Sequence record: NC_023557.1
Length of the DNA: 64,000 nt
Direction: 5' to 3' (one strand)
A program made the position numbers and the translations under genes. Numbering within the stretch: position 1 is the stretch's first letter; the number at the start of each line of letters is the position of its first letter. Shown in pieces: positions 56,501-64,000 of the stretch. The notes under the pieces are model-generated. The model did not search any database, was not told the DNA's origin, and saw nothing but the letters and a program-made list of their open reading frames with translations.

Positions 56501-57040
56501 ATGGCAGATCGTGTTAGTACTGGTGCAGAGATTATCTACGGCACCGGCTTTACCTCCCATGGCGGTCCAGGACAGCAAGGCGTAAAGATCAACGTCGACA
56601 ACAACGTCATTGATCTTTACCAGCGTTTGGCAGGCAACATCACGCTCGCCGGTAACTTTAACTTCCGAAAAGAAGTGTGTGTTACTGCTGCACGACTGTT
56701 ACTGCCATTGCCAAACTGGCTCCTGGCCACCCGTAGTAATTACCTGCACTCCAAACACGCGCTGTTGTTCGCCCGTGACCTGGGGTTGATTGCGATGGGT
56801 AAGAGTCCGGACATGAGTGTGATGACGCGCATGCGTCTGTTTTCACCCAGTTCTGTGAAGTCCAACCCGGGTGAGCTGAATGCGTCGAATTACGATGCAC
56901 TCTCGTTGATCCCTAATAAGTTCATTGATGAGCTGCGTACCTATTCCAATGGTGCACAGCTGGCTAACCTGACCCGCGACGCACAGCATGTGAAAGACCT
57001 GGTCACGTCATTATATGTCATGTTTGGTTCTGTTGAATAA
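56501..57040 (+). CDS. Putative virion protein
   Basis: AAGGAG SD before ATG 56501. Confidence 0.7.
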   Translation: MADRVSTGAEIIYGTGFTSHGGPGQQGVKINVDNNVIDLYQRLAGNITLAGNFNFRKEVCVTAARLLLPLPNWLLATRSNYLHSKHALLFARDLGLIAMGKSPDMSVMTRMRLFSPSSVKSNPGELNASNYDALSLIPNKFIDELRTYSNGAQLANLTRDAQHVKDLVTSLYVMFGSVE

Positions 57041-57077
57041 CAGGCCTCAAAATCGGAATGTAGAGGATACGTAAAAA

Positions 57078-58667
57078 ATGAGTAAAGCATACCTCCATAC
57101 CCTGCTGACTGCAGGTAATGAAGCGTTTGATGCAGCCGGCGAACCAGTGGGTGTGACTGTGGTTGATGCCCCGATCGAAGTGCCTGTTGTTGCAGACCCA
57201 GCAGTTGAGCCAGAAGCCCCAGCGGTAACTGATGCGCCAGTGGTTACGCAGGACCCGGTTGAGCCTGATCCAGAACCAGCAGCGGTCGTCGTTGCCATCA
57301 ACGAAGATGAGAAAGAGCTGGTCATTGCGTCTACTGAAGCGGCTGCGGCCGAAGTGGTTGTGATCGAATCTGATTGCGCGCTGGAAGAAGTCGAAGACCT
57401 GCTGGACGACCAGATCCAGGTTGTGGCGGAAACTGAAAACATCGTCGCCTCTATGGAATCGTTCGTCGGTTCTGCGATGACCATGCAGGATGCGCAAGCC
57501 CTGCAGCAGTGGGTGCATAACGCCACCCGTGGTCAGTATGATCAAGCTAAAGTTGTCGGCTCTCTGGAAGCGTTCGGTAACGACGTCTCTACCGATGATG
57601 CGCTGAACGCTGGCCTGGAAGGGATCGGCGAGTTCCTGAAAGCTGCCCGTAATAAAGCAGCTGATCTGCGTAAAGTCATGGTTGCACGCTGGAACGCTTT
57701 CTTCAAAGATGTGTTCGTAGGCTTTGATAAAGTTGCACGTCGTGCTGATGCGCTGGGTAAACTGGCGAAAGGTACTTCAGGCGAATCCAACTCCTCTACT
57801 ATTCAGCTGCCGCTGGATACGGCCTGGCGTCTGGTGAAAGATGGTAAGGTTTCTCAGAACCTGCCGAAAGATCTGGGTGACCTGGGTAAATTTGCCAAGG
57901 CGGTCTTTAAAGACAACCCGGAAGCGCTGCTGGTGCATCGTAAGAAACTGGTTGACATCGCTGTTCGTCTGTCTACTGCTGACTATGACGACGCACTGAA
58001 GATCGGCAAAGAGCTGGTGAACTTCGAACTGCCAAGCGTTGGCGTGTGCAAAACCAAAGTGGTCAACAACTCCAACACGGTTGATGTGTATCGCTCTGAT
58101 GAGTTCCTGGGTGCGCTGTCTATTTTCTATTGCAAGCCTGTTGACAAAATCAATGCGCAGTTACCACTGCCGCGTCAGCTGTCTGACAAGTTCAACTCCA
58201 TCATCGCGATCGATGTGAGCGTGTCTGAAACCGGTAAGAAAACACCGAAGCTGGATGTCTCTATTGATACCCTGCAGCCGGCTGAAATCGCCAAAGTGGC
58301 TGATGATGTTAACGCTATCCTGGGTGACATCCGTCAGTACCGCACCAACTACGGTGAGTGGTATGCTGCGAACAGCGATCTGGATCGTGTGATCGGTATC
58401 CTGGCGAACGTACCGTGGTCTGGCGATGCTGGCACCACTACTGTCGACAGCACCACTGATGCCGAGGGTAACACCTCAACCATCGTGAACATCATCGGTC
58501 TGAACCGCGACCTGGCGGATGTGATTGAAGGCATGCATGACATGTATAGCTACCTGTCTGTGAGCCCGATCCGTGTCCTGTCTGCTGAACTGCTGCCAAT
58601 CCTGAACCGTGCACTGGAAGTGGGTGAACGTTCTCTGGCAACCTACAGCGACAACAACCTGGCGTAA
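57078..58667 (+). CDS. Internal head protein, phiKZ_IP (gp93-gp97)-like paralog
   Basis: TAGNEAF leader, acidic V/P/E propeptide, SME/SLE/AGLE sites. Confidence 0.75.
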   Translation: MSKAYLHTLLTAGNEAFDAAGEPVGVTVVDAPIEVPVVADPAVEPEAPAVTDAPVVTQDPVEPDPEPAAVVVAINEDEKELVIASTEAAAAEVVVIESDCALEEVEDLLDDQIQVVAETENIVASMESFVGSAMTMQDAQALQQWVHNATRGQYDQAKVVGSLEAFGNDVSTDDALNAGLEGIGEFLKAARNKAADLRKVMVARWNAFFKDVFVGFDKVARRADALGKLAKGTSGESNSSTIQLPLDTAWRLVKDGKVSQNLPKDLGDLGKFAKAVFKDNPEALLVHRKKLVDIAVRLSTADYDDALKIGKELVNFELPSVGVCKTKVVNNSNTVDVYRSDEFLGALSIFYCKPVDKINAQLPLPRQLSDKFNSIIAIDVSVSETGKKTPKLDVSIDTLQPAEIAKVADDVNAILGDIRQYRTNYGEWYAANSDLDRVIGILANVPWSGDAGTTTVDSTTDAEGNTSTIVNIIGLNRDLADVIEGMHDMYSYLSVSPIRVLSAELLPILNRALEVGERSLATYSDNNLA

Positions 58668-58685
58668 CCGTCATAAGGCAAAGAG

Positions 58686-60071
58686 ATGTCTTTACACCAA
58701 AAGCTCCTCTCTGCCGGGCTGGAGGCGTTTGATGCGCCTCCGGCTGCTCCGGTAGTAGCGGCAGTAGTACCTGCTCCATTTGATAACAACGCCCCGGTTA
58801 GCGAAGACCCGGAACTGCTTCGTGAAGAGACTGCTGCCCGTTTAGCGCTCGTGTCGATCATCGAAGCGGAACGTGACGAAGAAGACTCTCGGTCAGCGGT
58901 TTATGAACTGCGTCGTCTGTCTGATGGTTTGGAAGGGTTGATGGTTGAGATTCAAAACGTCAACAACCCAGAAGAACCGACTGAAGACGAAATGGCGATG
59001 TTGAAAGCCACCGCCCAGCAAGTACGTAAAGAGCTGCTGGAAGATGGTGAGCAAGAACTCGTCATCAATGTCGAAAACGGCATTCTGGTTGGTTCACAGG
59101 AAGGTCTGGCTGATGCCCTCAGTAATGTGGCGAAGAAGATCGGTTTTGCATTAGGTAATGCAGCGAAAGGTTTACTGAGCAAAGGCGAGCAGGCGAAAGC
59201 GCCGTTGTCTTATAACCGTAAACTGGCAGCTGAACTGAAAGCGAAAATCGATAAGCTCGGCACGACTGAATTTGACTTTACCATGCCAGCTGATCTGGTC
59301 CGTCAGATTCGTGTGAGTGATACCGGTCCGGTTGATGCACTCAAAGCAGTAGCAGACTTCCCGGCAGCACTTGAGGCTTGGTATCTGACCCCTGCTGATG
59401 CAGCAATGAACCTGTTTGAAAAACACGCCAACATCGTGCAGGCGATTGCCGGTAGCAAGACTCTCGAAGAGTTCAATACGAATTATGCGAAACTGAGCTC
59501 ACTGGCGCCACCGCTGCCTGCAGGCGCTAAACGCCTTGATCCGATTAACACGCGGGATTATATCTTCGACGTTAATGAACATCACCCAAGTATGGGTCGT
59601 GTGGCTCGCTACTATTATGTTGCGCGTCCGGATGTGGGTAAAACGCCTGAAGATAAAGCGCTGGATAATGTCATTGCTTTGGCGCAGTATTCGACCGGGA
59701 TCTATCCGTTCGATAAGATCTCTAAACGTAAAGCAACTGATGAGCAGGTGAAGTTCAGTGCGGCTGAAGTCAAAGGCTTGCTGGATGACATGCTGAAAGC
59801 GTGTGACGTGGTTGATAAATACCTTTCACGTTTCGCAGTCGCCAGCACAATGGATAAGCGCTACAACGCTCTGGTTGATTTACTCAATAGCGACTTGCGT
59901 AAACAAGAGTGGTGTTCCAAAGAAGTCAACAGCATGGCACGCGTTGCGTTGATCTCAATGGATGCGTATTATTCATACGGGTTTGCTTATACCAGTCGTG
60001 CTTACGAGCTGATGGACGTGATCGTCAAGTTGGTGAAGAAAGCCGTGTATAAATCTGACCTCAGTAAGTAA
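58686..60071 (+). CDS. Internal head protein paralog
   Basis: SAGLEAF leader; GLE and GSQE sites. Confidence 0.75.
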   Translation: MSLHQKLLSAGLEAFDAPPAAPVVAAVVPAPFDNNAPVSEDPELLREETAARLALVSIIEAERDEEDSRSAVYELRRLSDGLEGLMVEIQNVNNPEEPTEDEMAMLKATAQQVRKELLEDGEQELVINVENGILVGSQEGLADALSNVAKKIGFALGNAAKGLLSKGEQAKAPLSYNRKLAAELKAKIDKLGTTEFDFTMPADLVRQIRVSDTGPVDALKAVADFPAALEAWYLTPADAAMNLFEKHANIVQAIAGSKTLEEFNTNYAKLSSLAPPLPAGAKRLDPINTRDYIFDVNEHHPSMGRVARYYYVARPDVGKTPEDKALDNVIALAQYSTGIYPFDKISKRKATDEQVKFSAAEVKGLLDDMLKACDVVDKYLSRFAVASTMDKRYNALVDLLNSDLRKQEWCSKEVNSMARVALISMDAYYSYGFAYTSRAYELMDVIVKLVKKAVYKSDLSK

Positions 60072-60082
60072 ACGGAGAAAAC

Positions 60083-61453
60083 ATGTCCGCGATTAATGAC
60101 TTTCTATTTACTGCGGGCATGGAGGGGTTTAACGACCCCTCCTCTATACCGCCCGTTGGTATAGTTGTGCCCTTTTTTGGTGTTGAAGAGTTCGCCGAAG
60201 CGGATGCTGAACAATCTGTACGCATGACAGAGATGAACCAGCAAGCTGAAGCGATTCAACGCCTGCAACAAACGCTGGTCTACATCAACGCTCACCGTCC
60301 GACCTTTGACCGTGAGAACGCCGCTGTCGTGCAGCAAGCGCTGGGTGAAGTACAGGTACTGATGCCCGACATGGAAGACCCGGTCACCATCATGGGGTCG
60401 CTGGAGCATTATACCCCGGCTTACACCAACCACCTGCTTGCGCACGGTATTGAAGGCATTGGTGATAAGATCCTGAGCGTGGTCAAGAAGATCATCGAAC
60501 TCTTGAAGAAAGGTTATGCCTTCTTGAGTAAAGCCATCCAGGCAAAGGGTGTGGTCTTCGGTAAACAGAAGCGCGAACTCGATGACCTCAATGCGTGGTT
60601 TAAAGAGCAACGCAAAAGCAACGATAAGCCCGCTACCACCGCCGGCAATGAACCTAAGGTTGTTACGATCACTGCCCCGACCTATCTGTACACCGTCGAC
60701 AGTAACAAACCGTTAGCGGCAGATCGCTTAGCAAGCGAAGTGGCAAAGTACAACAAATTCCTGCAGGCCTTCTCGGTTGATTTCATCCGGGCGCATATTA
60801 CCCTGGGCGATCTCTATATTCGTGCACTGGGCGGTCTGGATATTGCCAGCACCAGTAACGAAGAGTTGTTCACCAAGATGTTTAAGGGTCAGTTTAAATA
60901 CCAGGCCTCGGGTGCATCGCTGTACACCAAACGCAACGGCGAGATGTGTGATATCGAAACAGTTGGGTTGATTGGCGGGATTGGCTTTAAAGCCTCCATC
61001 GCGAATATCCTGGTCGCACCGCTTGAGATGACTGCAGACGGTTCTAACCAGCGTAAGTTCTTCAAGCAGATGAACGGGTTATACAACTACAGTTTTGTCT
61101 CCAAAATAAAAATGGATGGCAGTACGGTAGGGAATACCCCAATCTATGCTTGCAGTCTCGCTGACGCTGAGCGGCTGGTGAATCAACTTGATATGTTGAC
61201 CAACTGGATGATTAACAGTCAACACGACGAAGAGATCCGTGACTTTAATAAGCGGGTGACTGAGTGTGTGGATAAGCTGGCTGATCGTGCCGGTCGTCTG
61301 GGTAATGACCGCAGTGATTTTATCACCACTGTGATCAACGCTTTGTCTGGTATCTCCAGTGGTCTGGAAAATGTGTCCCGTGGCATGAATCAGCAAACGA
61401 ACACATTGATCAACAACTTGCGTGAGTACGTTACCAAATCCACGAAAGCGTAA
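60083..61453 (+). CDS. Internal head protein paralog
   Basis: TAGMEGF leader; GSLE and HGIE sites then IGDKILSVVKKIIELLKK. Confidence 0.75.
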   Translation: MSAINDFLFTAGMEGFNDPSSIPPVGIVVPFFGVEEFAEADAEQSVRMTEMNQQAEAIQRLQQTLVYINAHRPTFDRENAAVVQQALGEVQVLMPDMEDPVTIMGSLEHYTPAYTNHLLAHGIEGIGDKILSVVKKIIELLKKGYAFLSKAIQAKGVVFGKQKRELDDLNAWFKEQRKSNDKPATTAGNEPKVVTITAPTYLYTVDSNKPLAADRLASEVAKYNKFLQAFSVDFIRAHITLGDLYIRALGGLDIASTSNEELFTKMFKGQFKYQASGASLYTKRNGEMCDIETVGLIGGIGFKASIANILVAPLEMTADGSNQRKFFKQMNGLYNYSFVSKIKMDGSTVGNTPIYACSLADAERLVNQLDMLTNWMINSQHDEEIRDFNKRVTECVDKLADRAGRLGNDRSDFITTVINALSGISSGLENVSRGMNQQTNTLINNLREYVTKSTKA

Positions 61454-61456
61454 ATT

Positions 61457-61465
61457 ATTATATGT
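61457..61465 (+). promoter_or_regulatory. Candidate late promoter (TATG core)
   Basis: ATTATATGT upstream of an internal head gene. Confidence 0.35.
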
Positions 61466-61546
61466 GTTAACGGCCCTGCAGGAAACGCGGGGTCTTATCA
61501 CAATACGATCGTATTTAATTTCATGAAATTAAGGTAGAGACTCACT

Positions 61547-62935
61547 ATGTCTATTCAAGCATTTTTAAACCTCGGCGCCGAGGCTTTCGAAGACGCACCG
61601 GTTGTTGAAGAAGCACCGGTTGTAGTTGTTGCACCAGTACCAGAAGAAGTGATCGAGTTGATCGCTGAGCGTGACGACGCGAACCTGGCTGTTGAGCTGG
61701 CACAAGACTCTGCTGAGATCTCCTCTGCCTCTCGTCAGGTTGAAGAATTCGCTGCAGCGATCGAGCGCGTTGAAAACGTGCAGGCGTCAATGGAACACTT
61801 CATCGAAGCGGGCCTGTCGCAGAAATCAGCAATGATGCTGCATCAGCAGATCAACACCGTCATGGCCTCTATCGGTAAAGACGGCGCTGCAATCGGTGGT
61901 GGTCTGGAAAACTTCGACAACGAAGAAGCCAGCATCGCGTTACTGACTGCCGGCCTGGAAGCTCTGAACAGCGAGAAAGCCTCGCTGGGTGAACGTATCC
62001 GTGCAGCCATGATCAATGGTGGCGATAGCGTTAGCAAATTCTTCAGCAAATTCCTGACTGCATCAGGTCGCATGAAAGCGCGCGCACAAGCAATCTCTAA
62101 GGCTGCAAAAGCCAACGGTTCTGCTTCTGCCGAAGTAACGCTGAAAAGCAAATACCTGACCGTGAAAGGTGGCGCTGCCAGCACCAACCTGAAAGCGGAC
62201 ATCGCAGCATTCCACAAATTTGCTGAAGACGGCGCAGCTCGTTTCTTCAAAGATGGCGGTGCGTTCCTGAGCGGCGATATCCTGTCTGCTATCAAAACCA
62301 TGGGCAACACCACTACCATGGAAGCAGCAGCGAAAGTCGTTAGCGGTCTGAAATACCCAGGTTACCCAGGCGCTACTATTGCGGTGCAGGATAAACCTGC
62401 CTTCACCATCAAGCGTACTGAAGTGGTCCTCGGTGGTTACGCCGTGTTTGATCTGCAGTACAAAACCACTGGCGGCGATACGCAGGCTGAACTGGTGCAT
62501 GAGCTGAAAGCGCTGGGTAAAAACCGCGTGCACGTGAAACAGGCGCCGGAAGAGAAAGGCAAATCAGAATTCAGCCAGACTGTGTCTGCTGCTGATGCCG
62601 CAGCGATTGCTGATGAAGTCGCCAAACTGGCTGACATCGCCGCTACCCTGCAGCGTAACATTGCCTGGATGGGTCCGTTCACCAAATCTCTGATCAACTC
62701 CAGCATTGCTGCGAGCGCTACTCAGGGTCGTGCGGCGAATGCTGAGAAGGGTGTTGCGGTTGTTCTGGATGCCCTGGCGCGTGTGCCAACTGGCGTGTTC
62801 CAGTCTGTACAGAGCCTGAGCTGGGAACTGTCTTCTGCCATCCTGAAAGTTGGCGATGCGGGTCTGAAGGTTGCGAACAAAGTAGCAAAAACTTCTGACA
62901 GCAGCGTCCCGGCTGGTAACGAAGCCACTGCATAA
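61547..62935 (+). CDS. Internal head protein paralog
   Basis: LGAEAF leader; ASME, GGLE and AGLE sites. Confidence 0.75.
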   Translation: MSIQAFLNLGAEAFEDAPVVEEAPVVVVAPVPEEVIELIAERDDANLAVELAQDSAEISSASRQVEEFAAAIERVENVQASMEHFIEAGLSQKSAMMLHQQINTVMASIGKDGAAIGGGLENFDNEEASIALLTAGLEALNSEKASLGERIRAAMINGGDSVSKFFSKFLTASGRMKARAQAISKAAKANGSASAEVTLKSKYLTVKGGAASTNLKADIAAFHKFAEDGAARFFKDGGAFLSGDILSAIKTMGNTTTMEAAAKVVSGLKYPGYPGATIAVQDKPAFTIKRTEVVLGGYAVFDLQYKTTGGDTQAELVHELKALGKNRVHVKQAPEEKGKSEFSQTVSAADAAAIADEVAKLADIAATLQRNIAWMGPFTKSLINSSIAASATQGRAANAEKGVAVVLDALARVPTGVFQSVQSLSWELSSAILKVGDAGLKVANKVAKTSDSSVPAGNEATA

Positions 62936-62955
62936 GTAGCACATCTGTAACCTTA

Positions 62956-62988
62956 GGGGGAGAGGGGTTTCCCTCTCCTCTTATACCG
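62956..62988 (+). terminator. Hairpin followed by TTATACCG variant
   Basis: GGGAGAGGG-gttt-CCCTCTCCT-C-TTATACCG. Confidence 0.6.
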
Positions 62989-63005
62989 ACCAAGAAGGTG
63001 AATGC

Positions 63006-64000
63006 ATGTCAACCATGACAGAACTGGGTCCGTCACAAGGCACACTCCTTGCGGATGAGAAAGCAGTACACGATGACGCGGCCACCGAAGCCACCGAAGT
63101 TGCACTCCACGTATTAAAGAAGATTGGTAAGAAGAAAGAGAAAGATGACGAGGATGAGGAGGTCGTGCTCTCATTTGGTAGCGAAGGCTATGCCATGCTC
63201 ACCAGTATGTCATTTGATCTGACTGAGAACTCCGATCTGGCCGTACAGGAACTCCTGGATAAGATCACCACCATCGTCATTGAAGCGAACGGCAATCTCA
63301 CGCAGAAAGATCTGGAGAAGATCAAGAGTGTGGGCAATGAGTCGTTGTTAGGCGATGGGAATGAAGACTATAAAGAAGTCGTCACCATGGTCATGAAACG
63401 GATCATGCAATTCATTCGCTGGGCGATCAACCAGGGTAAGGAAGGGATCAAACGGGTTGCTGACCGCTTGAGTCGTCTGAGCGTGAAGACGATGTATGTT
63501 GAGCGTAAGATCGATATCTCCACTGACAACTCATTACCGACTGACAAGTTTGTGTTACCGCGTAGCTATCCGATGCTGATGATGGCGAACAAACCGCCGG
63601 CCAATGCCATGGAAGTGATCAACGCCGTCAACCGCACCAAGTATCTCTTCACTACGCTACATAACGACTACCAAGGCTTCCAGACGTTGTTTAAGACGGC
63701 GGTGTCAACAGGTTCACGGGCTGACACCTTAGAGATGATCAACAACTATCTCAACGGTCTGATCAGTAAGCTCTCAGCACGCCCTAACCCGCTGTTCGAT
63801 AACCGCAATACCTTTAACCAGTTACCGGGTGGATATCGTCTGGTGTTCTCAGAAGGTCAGTCATTTGCGGACTGTGGAGCAACGATTCTGCGCACACCGG
63901 AGAAATACGAAGCCGCACCGGCTGTTCAGCGTCCAGATAAAGCGAGTCTGGTGCGGCTGGTCAGTGAGATCAAAACCTACCTGCGGGTGATTAACGAAGT
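63006..64000 (+). CDS. Internal head protein paralog, 3'-truncated by the window edge
   Basis: Not in the ORF track; open from ATG 63006 (AAGGTG SD) to the end: MSTMTELGP...GSEG...VGNES...DGNEDYKEVVTMVMKRIMQFIRW. Confidence 0.75.
   Translation, partial: MSTMTELGPSQGTLLADEKAVHDDAATEATEVALHVLKKIGKKKEKDDEDEEVVLSFGSEGYAMLTSMSFDLTENSDLAVQELLDKITTIVIEANGNLTQKDLEKIKSVGNESLLGDGNEDYKEVVTMVMKRIMQFIRWAINQGKEGIKRVADRLSRLSVKTMYVERKIDISTDNSLPTDKFVLPRSYPMLMMANKPPANAMEVINAVNRTKYLFTTLHNDYQGFQTLFKTAVSTGSRADTLEMINNYLNGLISKLSARPNPLFDNRNTFNQLPGGYRLVFSEGQSFADCGATILRTPEKYEAAPAVQRPDKASLVRLVSEIKTYLRVINE

Noticed and set aside
1-64000. tRNA, rRNA, CRISPR arrays, IS or integrase genes, chimallin, PhuZ, major capsid and terminase
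   Set aside because: No recognisable signatures in this window; nucleus-forming status is therefore inferred from synteny only

Overview
A 64-kb segment of a phiKZ-like, probably nucleus-forming jumbo myophage (Chimalliviridae-type, with gene order like SPN3US and Erwinia jumbo phages). Assignments come from recognisable motifs and remembered synteny with phiKZ gp65-gp97; no database search was run. From left to right: small early/accessory genes (1-6 kb); an SbcD/Mre11 nuclease; the core block with ChmC-like, gp68-like (nvRNAP specificity subunit), PicA/Imp1-like (gp69) and gp70-like genes, then nvRNAP beta, nvRNAP beta' C-terminal part and an SF2 helicase (9-21.7 kb); an accessory cluster of unknown genes (21.8-29.5 kb); a minus-strand tail-chaperone-like pair joined by a probable -1 frameshift; a virion RNAP beta' fragment; a second accessory island with a Tad2/DUF2829-like sponge, two degenerate GIY-YIG-like paralogs and four tandem paralogs (35-40 kb); a Gly-rich fibre-like cassette; the exonuclease/motif-A half of a split family-B DNA polymerase; baseplate-type genes; and a long array of protease-processed internal head proteins. 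No tRNA, rRNA, CRISPR array or IS element was seen. The most notable observations are: (1) a GGG-T8 slippery site that would fuse a G/GT-like chaperone pair, (2) a recurring hairpin+TTATGCCG element at gene ends, (3) an SSB-tip mimic (DFADDLPF) and prion-like tails in the nucleus-associated operon, (4) a conserved N-terminal G-x-E-[AG]-F leader on internal head proteins, and (5) a candidate anti-defence island.
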